This document shows positions 23,526-36,109 of a stretch of DNA of 64,000 nucleotides, piece after piece. The stretch is from NCBI RefSeq assembly GCF_963921235.1, contig NC_086097.1, forward strand, positions 86,120,001 through 86,184,000. The letters run 5' to 3'. Positions within the stretch are counted from its first letter, which is position 1. The number at the start of each line of letters is the position of its first letter. The stretch comes from Mobula hypostoma. Lineage: Eukaryota. The notes beneath the pieces were generated by a model. It saw nothing but the letters and a program-made list of their open reading frames with translations. It was not told where the DNA came from and did no database searches. The position numbers and the translations under genes were made by a program.

Positions 23526-23956
23526 TTTCTAACAGCTTCCCATTGACAGATGTTAGTATAACTAACCTCTTCCTTCTTTCTATCTCTCTCTTCCTGAATA
23601 GAAGTTATAAGTGTTGTTTCTCTTCCCAATGGAACCTTTGCAAATTTACAAAATATTTAAATCCAGCACATCAGCTATCCCATTAGCTACATCCTAGAAT
23701 GAAATCAGGCAAGAAACAGGAGCTTATCAGCCTCAGAATCAGAATCAAAATTAGAATCCGAATCCTTTATTATCGCCAGGTATGTGGATACATATAGGGA
23801 ATTTGATGCCGGTTTCCCTGAGCTCTCGCTGTACAGCCTGCAGATTCAATAACCTGTTCTGCACTACTTCTGTGATAAATGCAATGTTGAATTCTTCCCT
23901 TCTTTCCAATTCCCAGTTTACTGTTATTTTTGGAATGTAGCTTATATTCTCCATAA

Positions 23957-24023
23957 CAGGAGTTCGTGGACCCCTTGCTTAATGGTATTGATCCACGACA
24001 TATAAAAGGTTGGGAACCCCCTG
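23957..24023. mobile_element. 67-bp hAT (Charlie-like) MITE with degenerate 8-bp TSD
   Basis: CAGGAGTTC..GAACCCCCTG termini; flanks ctccataa / ctctatag. Confidence 0.7.
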
Positions 24024-24309
24024 CTCTATAGTGAAGCTGGATGCAAAATGTCTATATAATTCACCTGCTGTCTCTATGGTTTCCATTATTAATTCCCTAA
24101 TGTCATTTTCTATAGAACCAGCATTTACTTTGTAAACCCTTTTTTCATTACCTAGTAAAATCATTACTCATTATTATTATTGGTTAGTCTATTTTGTACT
24201 CTAATATAAAACACCTTATTAATCTTTTGATTATACTTTGCTAGTTTTTTAGATTAAGTCCAAACTTCTGACATGACTCCAGATTTTGTGTAATTATATG
24301 CTTTTTGTT

Positions 24310-24768
24310 TAGAACGTAGAACATAGAGCATAGAAACTTACAGCACATTACAGGCCATTCAGTTTACAATGTTGTGCCTACCATGCAACCTACTCTAGAA
24401 TTTCCCTAGTACATTTCTCTAAGCTCCATGTACTTACCTAAGAGGCTGTTAAAAGACCCTATTGTATCCACCACTGCCGCCAGCAGTGCACTCTACATAC
24501 CCACCACTTTCTGTGTGAAAAACTTACCCCTGACATCCCCTCGGTACCTATTTCCAGGCAACTTAAAACTATGCCCCCTCGTGTTAGCCATTTCAGCCCT
24601 GGGAAAAAGCCTCTGGCTATCCACACGATCAATGCCCCTCATCATCTTATACTGTACACCTCTATCAGGTCACCTCTCATCCTCCGTCACTCCAAAGAGA
24701 AAGGGCCAAGTACACGCAATCTATTCTCATAAGGTAAGCCCTCCAATCCAGGCAACATCCTTGTAAAT
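24310..24768 (-). mobile_element. CR1 LINE 3' fragment
   Basis: Reverse of the CR1 3' end (cf. 61610-62070) with tail tagaacgtagaacatagagcatagaaac. Confidence 0.85.
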
Positions 24769-25231
24769 TGTTTAAGAATGATAATATCTTTAACATTTTT
24801 AGTTGACCATGGTCATTTCTATGGAATTGCACTTTCTCTTTGGAATACATCTATTCTGTGTATTCTGAAATATCCCCTTAAATATTTGCTCTGCATCTTA
24901 TCTGAGCAATTCCTTAACCTACGTTACCAGTTCTCTTTAGCTATCTCTCCTTTCATACTTTCATAATGGCCCTTATTTAAGTTTAAGAGGAGTCTTGGAA
25001 CATTTCTTCTAACCCTCCAAAAGAATGTAAAATTCAATCACATTGTGATTGTTATGATCATGGGAGTGCACTCATATTGAGGTAATTAATCTTATCCCAT
25101 TGGGCAATACCAGACCTGGTATGGAACATGCTCTGCTTCAACTTGCTGCTTTAAGATCCGTTTTTTAAACTACTTTAGGTGTGCTTCATCCAGGCCACCT
25201 TGCTCATCTGATTATTTTTATCAGTCTATAT

Positions 25232-26077
25232 TGTTATGTACCCCGTAACTGGGTTGCCAAACCAGCAGAAATGGACCACTTAGTTGCAGTCTGGATTACT
25301 GGAACTAAGAAGGTTTTATTAAAGAAATAAGTAACACAGTACTCTAAACGTAAGGATATAAATGCAACGGGTTAGCAATGATAAAACACACATGTACACA
25401 GAACTAGGATAATAGGAATCAATCAAGCTCTATCGCAGTCTAGGGGTAAAATGATCAGTCTCAAGTGACACAGAGTTCAGTTCAGTTCAGTTCAGTTCAG
25501 TTCGCAGTAATCGCTGGTGTGCCGTTTGGGGGAGAGAGAGAGAGCAAATGCTGATATTTAAATCGGATACAACTGACTTTTGATATTCCTCGTAGTTAGC
25601 TTTCGGTGCGAGCCCTTTTTAATGTCTTCTGAGATCACCGACTGTGACCCCTCCGTTCCGGATACAATTGTTCTTCTGCGGTGAACCCGGCACCCAGGCA
25701 AGTGTGGACACACACACCAGGTTCCCGCCGATTGTACCTTCTCATCCTGTGCGTCTATGGTTGGTCCCACGACCAGACCTCCAAAACTTCCACCAACTTG
25801 TGGGGGCACACCGCTTTTCCAGGGTCTCGTTATCTCATGGTGTCGTGGTGTGTCTTGCCTTAGCGAACCTGTTCCTTTTATCCCCTGCTGGGGTATCGCC
25901 TGTCCATCAAACTTCAAACAGTTCAGGTTCAAAGCAACCAGTCTAAACAATACTCGGAACTGTGTCTCTCTTGGTTAATCTCTCTCGTCTCTCTCTTATT
26001 AGCAATTTGAATGTTTCCCCCATTTGTCTCTCGCTTATCTCTCTTATCGGCATCAATCTTCTGATAACTTGGTCACA
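25232..26077 (-). repeat. 3' LTR (846 bp)
   Basis: TGTTATGTACCCC..TTGGTCACA; contains (GTTCA)n and (GA)n runs; PPT adjacent. Confidence 0.95.
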
Positions 26078-26248
26078 CCCCTACCCTTCAAAGGATTTTT
26101 ACCGGGTTAAAAATTATAGGCATGAATACATTATTAGATACACACAAATATACATGTTCATCAGCTATTTGGCTAATACAGAGAAGTTTAAGTTGCCAAC
26201 ACCTTGACAGACAGTCAGCAATCACATTTTCCGTTCCTTTTATATGTG

Positions 26249-29227
26249 TTATTTTAATAATCCTCTAAAACCAGGCTCCAACTTAGCAAACTTCATAGTG
26301 GCAAAAAACACTAATGAGTTGTGATCAGTGTAACTTCTCAGTGGTTTTCGTCCCGGACCAAGATAACAAAGGTCGTCCCATACCAACTTAGCATTCTTTG
26401 GCAAGAGTTTAGTAAGAGGGTGGGTAATATCTGCAAAGTTCTTGCAAAACTTCCTATAGTACCCCACCATCTCCAAGAACCTTCTCAGGGCTCTCTTATC
26501 TTTCGGGGTTGGGACGTCAGAGATAGACCACACCTTAACTTGCATCGGTGCCAGCTGCCCCTGTCTTACCATAAATCCCAGATAAGTGATTTTCGCGTGG
26601 CCGAATTCACTTTTTGCAAGGTTCACTGTCAGGCTGGCTTTAGACAGCCGTTTAAACAGTGCCACAATGCGCTCTTCCCACATGTCACTCCAGACTACTA
26701 CATCGCCAATATACGCTTCTGTGTTCTTTAGCCCTTTTGTCACTGAATTAATCATCCTATAGGGGTGTTGCTCACTCGGCTGACCTGATGTGACAACAAT
26801 CCCATGCCCCGGCTCTCTGCATTGCCTCGGGACATTTGGACATACGTGTGCGTGCCGTTTAATTAGCTCTCTTAGCGGGTCGCTTTGTTCGGGGATTAAG
26901 TGAGAGAACTCATCAGCAAAGTTGGTCAACACAATAGAGTTCTCCCATCTGGTCAGCACCACACTTATCTTTTCAAAATGGGTTCTCCCCTTATCAGGTG
27001 GCACCCTAGCCTCATTAATTTTCATGATATCACCAGCTAGATCTGTTTTCTGATCGTGGTGAGCTCTTAACATGTTAATAGCCTCTAACTGTGTTAACTC
27101 ACGTCTACAATAGTCAATAACATCCTTCCTCCTGTGTGGCCAGTAGAACTCTTTCATGATTCCGCCGACTGTTTTCCTCACCCCAAAATGTCCACCGAGG
27201 GGTATCTTGTGGGCCAGGTTAAGAATCTCATCCCCATAAATTTTTGGCACCACCCCCCATTCCTCATCCGCGGGCATGGTACTTGGTTTCCATTTCTTCC
27301 TTAGTACTCCCTCCTCCACACAATAGCTCACTGGCTCCCTTTTTAATTCTGCTTCAGAGTGAGCTGTCTCCGCCGAAACCATCAGCTTCTCATCTCACTC
27401 CTGTGCCTGTACAAGTTCCTTCCTGGCTAATGCTAAATCTGCCTCAGCTCCTTCACTTCCTCCTGCTCCACTACGCTCCTTCTTTTCACTTTCTACCTCC
27501 CCCTGGTACAAGGCTGGTAGAAACGTCTCAGCTAAATTTACTTCGGCAGCCTTTCTGGACATTCGCCGAGTCACTGCGCAAACGGGATAAACCTGAGAGT
27601 CTATGGGCGGGGCCTCAATGCTGGCAGGCTGGTTTGTCAGTTTTACTGCTGAGAACACATTTCCGCCGGCGAGGTCATTACCGAGTAAGACCTCCACGTC
27701 TTTCATCGGTAGTTCGGGCCTCACCCCGATCGTGACCGGTCCGGAGACCAAGTCGCTTTTTAGGTGTATCTGGTGCAAAGGTACTGCTTCAGTCCCTTTC
27801 CCAATGCCTTTTATGACCCTGACCTCCCCAGTCTGGGTCTCTGAACTAAACTCTAACACACTCTTTAATATCAATGACTGACACGCTCCCGTGTCTCTCC
27901 AGATCCGTACTGGAACTGGGTTTAACCCTTCCTTCACCGACACCAATCCGGCCGAGATAAACCTCTCACGCCCTTCCTGAACTTTGTCAGACCTCTTCTC
28001 TCCTAGCGGTTTGCTTACCAGCTCAATACAGCCAGGTGGAACCGCCGTTTTTCCTTTCCCCGTCTCCTTCTTTGGGGCAAAGCACCTGGACGCAAAGTGT
28101 CCGACTTTCCCACAATTATAACATACGACCCCAGGAGACTTCCTACCAAACTGCTCCCGGTCTACCTTATCCTTCTCACTAGTCCCCGGCTTACTTTCTG
28201 ACTTTTCTGGCGGACTCTCCCCGCCGTCCTGACTACCCTTCTGGTAGCCTTTACTCGGGGCAAACTTCGTTTTATGTGTCAACGCCTACTCATCTTCTAA
28301 CTTAGCAGTTGCGACTAAAGCGTCTGCCTCTTTCTCATCTAGGTAGGGTCTCATACCGTCAGGGACACAACCTTTAAACTGCTCAATCAGGATCAGCAGT
28401 AGCAGTCTGTCGTAATCCCCATTTACCCCTTTCGAGGTGCACCAACGCTCACAATATGTCTGCAGCTCATGGGCAAACTCTAAATACGTGCGGCCCCACT
28501 GCTTCCTCGCATTCCGGAACCTCTGTTGGTATGCCTCCGGGACCAACTCATAAATCCTGAGGATGGCCTCTTTCACTACCTCATACCTCTGGGCATCTTC
28601 TGCGGACAAAGCCGAGTAAGCTTGTTGGGCTTTTCCTTTAAGTACACTCTGAAGTAAAACAGCCCACTTATCCCTCGGCCAGTCCTGACTTGCAGCAACT
28701 TTTTCAAAATGGAGAAAGTACCGATCAACATCGGTCTCATCAAATGGGGGAACCAGCCTAACCTCCTGGGTCGCCCTGAACCCTTCACCTTGGTTTGGCA
28801 TGGGACCCTGCTCTGCCATCATCTTTAACTTCTCCAGCTCAAATTCCCTTTCCCTCTGTTTCTCCAACTGTCTGTCCCTCTCTTCTCGCTCCAACTGCCC
28901 CTCTCTCTCTTCTCGTTGTCGTTCTAACTGTTTCTCTTCGTGTTCCAGCTGTCTTACCCGGAACTCGTGCTCGAGTCTCAATTTTTCAAGCTGCACCTGT
29001 ACTGCGACTCCACCAGGTTTTCCAATAGATATCACCTCCAGCTCCCCTTGGGGAAACACACCTTTAGACACAGAATGCTCTATGATAGCTCTGTGCATCT
29101 CCTCTCTCCTCATTGTCGACTTCCCCTTAAAAAGATTCAACCGTTTGGCCACAGCTGCCAATTCTACTTTCCTGGCATCCTCTAATACCTCCAAGGTCAA
29201 CGCCTTTAGAAATTCCTCAATCTCCAT
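26249..29227 (-). pseudogene. Single-frame Gag (SCAN-like capsid, CCHC)-protease-truncated IN/RT/RNase H polyprotein with two internal stops
   Basis: ORFs 28286..29227, 27395..28282 and 26249..27382 are in one frame. LVPPFDETDVDRYFLHFEKVA..W..LKGKAQQAY..YELVPEAYQQRFR..LIEQFK; CYNCGKVGHFASRC; RDTGA; AH..GHFGVRKT..FYWP; YIGDVVV; NLAKSEF; FLEMVGYYRKFC; YTDHNSL. Confidence 0.9.
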
Positions 29228-29326
29228 TTCTGCTGTTTGCCTTTTCCTTCTTTCGGGAATTTTAACCCAATCAATTTACCCAGTCCCAAATTTAGCATTC
29301 AAAACCGCGGATGAGAACCCCACTTA

Positions 29327-30168
29327 TGTTATGTACCCCATAACTGGGTTGCCAAACCAGCAGAAATGGACCACTTAGTTGGAGTCTGGATTACTGGAAC
29401 TAAGAAAGTTTTATTAAAGAAATAAGTAACACAGTACTCTAAACGTAAGGATATAAATGCAATGGGTTGGCAATGATAAAACACATATGTACACAGAACT
29501 AGGATAATAGGAATCAATCAAGCTCTATCGCAGTCTAGGGGTAAAATGGTCGGTCTCAAGTGACACAGAGTTCAGTTCAGTTCAATTCAGTTTGCAGTAA
29601 TCGCTGTTGTGCCGTTTGGGGGAGAGAGAGAGAGTGAATGCTGATATACAAATCAGATTCAACAGACCGTTGATATTCCTCGCAGTTAGCTTTCGGTGCG
29701 AGCCCTTTTTAATGTCTTCTGAGGTCACCGACTGTGACCCCTCCGTTCCAGATACAATCGTTCTTCTGCGGTGAATCCGGCACCCAGGCAAGTGTGGACA
29801 CACACACCAGGTTCCCGCTGATCGTTCCTTCTCACCCTGTGCGTCTATGGTTGGTCCTGCGACCAGACCTCCAAAACTCCCACCAACTTGTGTGGGCACA
29901 CCACTTTTCCAGGGTCTCGTTATCTCGTGGTGTCGTGGTGTGTCTTGCCTTAGCGAACCTGTTCCTTTTATCCCCATGCTGGGGTATCGCCTGTCCATCA
30001 AACTTCAAACAGTTCAGGTTCAAAGCAACCGGTCTAAACAATACTCGGAACTGTGTCTCTCTTCGTTAATCTCTCTCGTCTCTCTCTTATTAGCATTTTG
30101 AATGTTTCCCCCATTTGTCTCTTTCTTATCTCTCTTATCGGCATCAATCTTCTGATAACTTGGTCACA
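29327..30168 (-). repeat. 5' LTR (842 bp)
   Basis: Direct repeat of 25232-26077 with scattered substitutions; PBS adjacent. Confidence 0.95.
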
Positions 30169-30589
30169 ATATGTACATTTAAATCCAGCTCCACCCCTCC
30201 CAAGATTAACGCCATGCCTCTCTGAGATGTGTCCATTATCAGATCCTTTATATTCTTTTCTGTCACACGTTTACTATTGGGATGCATGTATACTATTGCC
30301 AGAAGTGACTTGTTGCCTTTAATCCCCCAATCTACCTCATTGTAGTCCTTCCACTCCATTCTTTACCCCACTACACTTTGTAGCCACAACATTATATTCT
30401 GCATTCTACTTTTCTTTAACGACCTCAATGTACATATGTATGGCATGATCTGACCACAAAACCCTTCCACTCTATCTTGGTACATATGACAATAATAAAG
30501 CCAACACCACATCAATATTCTAGTAAATGACCTACACTAGCCAATAATGTCTTGGGTTTGATTTATTTCAGTCCTTCAAAGAATATGGA

Positions 30590-30910
30590 GATGCCCAGCT
30601 TTTCTATTTCAAATTGTCCTTGGGCTGAATGACTTGCTAGGTTATTTCAGAGAACAGTTGAGAGTTAACCACAATAATGGATCTGGAGTTACATATAGGC
30701 TAGACCGGTGAGCCTGGCAGACTTCCTTCCCTGAAGTGCATTAATGAACCAGATGGGCTTTTACAGCAGTCTTCTAGTTTTATTATCATCACAGCTGATA
30801 CTAGATTTATTTAAGTATTTGAATGTAAATTCTGAAGCTGTAATATTGGGATTTGAAACCATATCTCTGGATGAATAGTCCAGTCCTCCAGATACAATTC
30901 AAGTAACTTA
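30590..30910 (-). mobile_element. Old tRNA-derived SINE remnant
   Basis: Minus strand: ctggactattcatccagag..ggtttcaaatccc (B box)..cccatctggttcattaatgcacttcagggaaggaagtctgcc..tgtggttaactctcaactg, a body I recognise from fish/elasmobranch SINEs. Confidence 0.6.
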
Positions 30911-32284
30911 TTTTCCTGTACCCATGGCTTCAACCACAGTAGTAATGGAGGCATTACTATTTTCCAGAGGATAATGTATTGTATCCAATCTTTTATTATG
31001 ATTGTGTTGCATGACAAATAGGCTGTGTAACCGTGTAGGAGGAAGGGAAGACAAAGGAAATCCACAGCTCTTAGCTGCTGGGAATGAAATATGAGAAAGT
31101 GCAATCTGTCCCAATTTCAACCCATTGTGAACATGAGGAAGAGTGGGTGATGTGAAAGGATAAGCTGTGCCTTTCCTGATCTTGAGATACTCTAAAGTCA
31201 ATGAAGTACTTGAAATGTGGGAAAAGCAGTAGCAAACTCTGCACTCAGCCAAACTGTAATGTAACGTTGTCAGATGATGTGAAGTTAGTGACATTGCTTC
31301 AGAGATAAATAATGACCAAGATCCCAATAAAAGCAACAATAGCCTTCTTTAACTCTGAAAATGGCCTCCCTGAAAAAGCCATGTTATTTCAGTACTGCAA
31401 TGGAGTTCATCCTTGTTTTATTTTCTTTACTTCACACTACTGGGACAAGAACACTCAGGCTTTGACACAGATATGGAGGGACAATACACCGAAGCTGGAC
31501 ACAGAGTGCAGATAGAGAGAAGGATCTTGCTGTTTCTTGATCTATTGGTTAAATGTGGGATTCACTATACTTTGGATAAAAAAACAAACTGTTGACACCA
31601 ATTTAAATGGAGTTTGCTTTAAGGATCTCTGAACTTTCTCACTAAATTAAGCCCTTATTTTATTACAACGCAATTTTTTTTATACAAACATGTAAAAATT
31701 AGAAAATAGTCTGAATTGCCTGAACATTACCGTATGCAGTAAGTTCATGATTGCTGAATAGCCTCACATTTTGCAAATCTCTCTTCTATTTTTTTCATTA
31801 ATGTATTAGCTACTACCTGGAGTGAAGCGATTAGATAACCTTCAATATTTAGAGCTTAATGCATTGAGGCATGTTTGAATTTTTCAATCCCACTAGCCAG
31901 ACTACACTTGGCTGTGGTCCATTTTTATAAAGAGGTTGAAGGCACAAGAGGGGTATGTTTAAATCTCAGAGCAGCTTTTAAATTCTGTCTTTGCTGGATG
32001 GCTTAAATAAACAACAAAACTCTTCAGAACCGACTCTTTTCCTAATCCCCACTCCACTCTCTAGGTACTTAGAGTTTCACTTGAGAGTCAGGGAGCACTG
32101 ACATAACTCACAGTCCCATTCACACACTTTTTTTTATCCCCTCTCAAGGTCAGTGTATGTCAGAGCCATCCAACAATGACAGAAAGAATGGATCTTTGCT
32201 TCAATACATCTACCAGACATCGAGTTGGCTTTTCGTGGCACTGTCAGGAAGATAGCAACAGCAGCAGGCCATTATTTTAATTGA

Positions 32285-33270
32285 TTTTTGGGATCTAGAT
32301 AAATAATCTAAAACAAAGCCAGCATTTGTTGCTCATACCTAATCACCTTTGTGAAATGAACTGGTGAGCTGCCTTTTTAAACTACTGTGGGTGGGAGTTC
32401 CGGTGTTTAGACCCAGCAACAATGAAGGAAGAGGAAGAGTAAAATATTTCTAAGGCAGGGCGGTGTGCAACTTGGAGAGAAACCTACAGGTGGTGACTAC
32501 CCTTGCCCTTGTCTGGTTTTCTAAAGCGTTTTTGGAATAGATTTTCGAATTAACTGCAGGAACTTTAACAAATAGTTCTCTGTGCACCCTTGCCATGGAG
32601 ACAGCGAAAGCTCAGGGTGCTTGATGGGGCGCCGTTCAAGTAGGCTGCTTTGTGCTGGATGGTGTCAATCATTTTGAGAATTGTTGGAATTGTGCTCGTA
32701 TCGTTAAGGGAAGAGCAGTCCACCACGCTCCTGACTGGTGCCATAGAAGTGGTGGAAAGGTCAGGAAGCGTCAAGAAGTTAGTCACTCACTGAGGGATAC
32801 CCAGTCTCGTTGCCACAGTATTTAAGTGATCTGTCTTGCTGAGTTTCAGGTTAATGGTGAAGTTCAGGATGCTGATGATAGGAGACAGTGGCAGCAGAGC
32901 TTCTGAATGTCAAGATGATTAGACACTCTCCTGTTGGAGATGGTAATGGCCTGGCTGTTTTGTGGTGTGAAATATTACCTTCTGCTTTAGCCTATGACCG
33001 AATGCTGTCAAGGTCTGGCTACATTGCTAAGAAGTTGTGAATGGAATTGACCATTGCACAATCATCAGTGATCATCTTCACTCCTCAACTTATGATAGAA
33101 GGAATATTATCGATGAAGCAATTGAAGATGGTTGGGACCAAGGCATTTCTGGCAGTTGAAAATGACTGGGTCTGATTTGGGGACTCCTGTAGTTGATGAC
33201 GTCTGAAAACAAGAACCATTTTCTTTTGTGGGAGGTATGACTCCAAAAACACTGGAGTGGTTTCTCTCTG
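32285..33270 (-). mobile_element. Old CR1/L2-group LINE 3' fragment
   Basis: ORF 32565..32786 TIPTILKMIDTIQHKAAYLNGAPSSTLSFRCLH resembles a LINE RT C-terminal segment; ttgtgcaatggtcaattcc on the minus strand lies near the expected FADD region. Confidence 0.55.
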
Positions 33271-33499
33271 CTTGACAGAACAGTCCCCTCCAGCCTGTTC
33301 AGCCTTTCATATCAATCATGGTCAACTTAGAGACATGGATTAGGCATTTGGAGAGATGTCTGTGGCCTGCAAGAATGACACTGAATTTACATACTCTTTG
33401 GGTATTAGAAGAACGTAATGTGACTTCCATTTGCCACTGAAGACCGTCAATACAGATGTGATGCTGCCAAATTGTACAATATTTGCAACACCAATGAAA

Positions 33500-33750
33500 T
33501 AGGTGTCTTTATTGATGCTTTGCTGCATGCTTGAGTGCTCGGTGGAGGGTGCATTTGCTAATAGGGGAGGGGGTTTGTTGCTTTGCTTCTGCTTATGAGT
33601 GGGAGTGGGTGCTGGGGGGGGCTTTGGGGTTCTAACTTTTAACTGTCATTCATTCTTTGGGGCACACCTCTGTTTTCATGGATGTTTGCGAAGAAATAGA
33701 ATTTCATAATCTATATTGTACACATTTCTCTGACATTAAATGTACCTATA
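33500..33750 (+). mobile_element. 3' fragment of the non-coding retroposon family seen at 54392-55210
   Basis: gcttgagtgctcggtggagggtgc..ttggggttctaac..cattctttggggcac..catggatgtttgcgaagaa..ctctgacattaaatgtacc matches the reverse complement of 54400-54640. Confidence 0.75.
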
Positions 33751-34017
33751 GCAACCTGTCGCAATAGTGAAGGCTTCCCATCACCTGGACATTGCTTGTC
33801 AGCTAGGTTCATCCTTCTGTGTATATCTGAAGGAAAAGGGCAGAGGAGAACTGCCATCACGTCATGAATATGAGTCACAGCTCGGAAACCAGAGTTCAGG
33901 TCCTGTTGGCTCTCATTAGTGCAGTGGAAGGAACTTGATTGAAATAAGATGTCTGCTGATATATAAGCTTTAGGCAAAGCGGGAGAAATTAGCTAACACT
34001 TCACTTTAAGTACAAAT

Positions 34018-35312
34018 ATAAGACCATAGGACTATAAGATATAGGAGCAGAAATAGGCCATTCATCCCATTGAATCTGCTTTGCTAGTCCATTAAAGCTG
34101 ATTTATTATCCTTCTCAACCCCTTTCTCCCCTTCTCTCCATAACCTTTGACACCCTGATTAATCAAGAAGCTGTCAATTTAGATTTAAATATACCCAATG
34201 ACTTGGCCTCCACAACCATCTGTAACAATGAATTCCACAGATTCACCATCCTCTGCCCAAAGAAATTCCTCTTCATCCCTGTTCTAAAGGGACTTCCTTC
34301 TACTCTGAGGCTGTGCCCTCTAGTCCTAGACTCACCTACTACAGGAAACATATTCCCCACGTCCACTCTGTCTAAGCCTTTCAATATTCAATAGGTTTCA
34401 ATGACATCTCCCTCATCCTTCTAAACTCCAGGGAGAATACACCCAGAGCAATCAAATGCTCCTGATACATTGACCCTTTCAATCCTGGGATCATCCTCCT
34501 AAATCTCCTCTGGACCCTCTCCAAAGCCAGCACATCCTTTCTTAGATAACGGGCCCAAAACTGCTAACAATACTCCAAGTGCAGGCTGACCAATGCTTTA
34601 TAAAGCCTCAGCATTAAATTCTTGCTTTTATATTCTAGTCCTCGCAAAATGAATGCTAAAATTTCATTTGCCTTCCTTACCACTGACTCCAGCAACAAGT
34701 TAACCTTTAGGGAATCCGGCATCAGGACTCCCAAGTCACTTTGCACCTCTGATTTCTATATTTGCTCCCTGTTTATAAAATAGCCTAAGTCTGTATTCCT
34801 TCTATCAAAGTGCATGACCATACACTTCCCTGCTGTATTTCATCTGCCACTTCTTTGCTTATTCTCCAAATCTGTCGAAGTTCTTCTGCAGACTCCCTGC
34901 TTCCTCAACATTGCCTGCCTCTCCACCTATCTTTATATCATCCTCACACCTGACTGCAAAGTCATCAATTCCATCGTACAAATCATAGACACACAACTTG
35001 AAAAGAAGCGGTCCCAACACCAACGCCTGCAGAACACCACCAGTCACCGGCAGCCAACCAGAGAAGGCCCCCTTTATTCCCACTCTTAACCTCCTGCCAG
35101 TCAGCCGATCTTCTATCCATGCTAGTATCTTTCCTGTAATACCATGGGCACTTACCTTGTTTAGCAGCCTCTTGTGTGTCACCTTGTCAAAAGCCTTCTG
35201 AAAATCCAAGTATCAAAATCCACTGACTCTTCCTTGTCTATCCTACTTTCCTGCAAAGAATTCCAACAGATTTGACAGGCAAGATATGCCCTAAAGGAAA
35301 CCATGCTGGCTA
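34018..35312 (-). mobile_element. 5'-truncated CR1 LINE
   Basis: DFQKAFDKVTHKRLL, LVLGPLLF, QSDLGV, LRLYKALVSLHLEYC, FFGQRMVNLWNSL; tail ataagaccataggactataag. Confidence 0.9.
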
Positions 35313-36109
35313 TTGTATGCCCTCTCTTTTGATTTTCTGTTGCATTTGACTTCCCTTGTAAACCACAGTTATCTCATCCTCCCTTTAGAACATTTCCTCT
35401 TCTTCAGATAAATAGATCCCAGAAACTCCAGCCTATGGAGCTGGAGGACTATGTATGCGGGTATGTGTCTGGATAGGAACGAGGAAAGGGGCTTGCTTTG
35501 CTGTTCTTGTTTCATTGCTTGTTGTGTTCTATTTTGCTATGTTCTGGCTTTTTCTGCTGAGCATTGTGGCCATGCTATGTTAGTGCCAGAATGTTTGGCA
35601 ACACTTGTTGGCTGCCCCCAGCACATCCCTAGGGTGTGTTGGATGTTAATGCAAATGATGCACTGTATATTTTGAGGCACTGTTTATTTAAATAAACTGA
35701 ATCTGATGAGATGAAGTATAAGGTTTATAACTGAATGCTCATTTCATGGCAGTCTGCACACTAGATTGGTGTTGGGAGAAGCCTATAAAATCTTTGGCAT
35801 TCATTAGCTGCACACCTGGGCTGTGGTGCTACTTAAACCAGCCTGAACTTTGTAGAAGACTTGTGCAATCTGATTGTAGGAGGTGTTGCTAATTGGTTCC
35901 GAAGGCAATCTGAGCTGTGATGTTCTGAGCAATGGCTGAACATGCAAGTGAACAACCAGCAAGGGTTTTCAGATGCAACACTGAATAACTTGGTGAGCTG
36001 GAGGAGGAAAATCCTATTTTCCAAGTCAGAACTTCAGAAACAGTGTAAATAGCAAGTCACGATTGTTGCAAGTGTCACTCCTAATGCTCCCTTGATGCTC
36101 CAAATTTGT

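Larger units (their letters stand above)
25232..30168 (-). mobile_element. Gmr1-like Gypsy LTR retrotransposon, internally deleted, complete termini
   Basis: Near-identical LTRs 25232-26077 and 29327-30168; ATAT TSD at 25228-25231 and 30169-30172; PPT TGAAGGGTAGGGG (26078-26090, minus); Pro-like PBS TGGGGTTCTCATCC near 29309-29322; domain order Gag-PR-IN-RT. Confidence 0.93.

Noticed and set aside
25475..25545. (GTTCA)n and (GA)n arrays as CRISPR-like or functional repeats
   Set aside because: Simple microsatellites inside the LTR, with no spacers; eukaryotic context.
28283..28288. Programmed stop-codon readthrough between gag and the downstream frame
   Set aside because: The TAG falls before the CCHC knuckle, where DEY(A/V)LTH is expected, so it is more simply a Tyr-to-stop mutation. 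The second stop (TGA at 27395) fits CpG decay.
25558..30101. Duplicated 130-139 aa ORFs (25558..25950 and 29582..30001) as an accessory gene
   Set aside because: They lie inside the two LTRs, differ in start, frame and end between copies, and show no recognisable domain.
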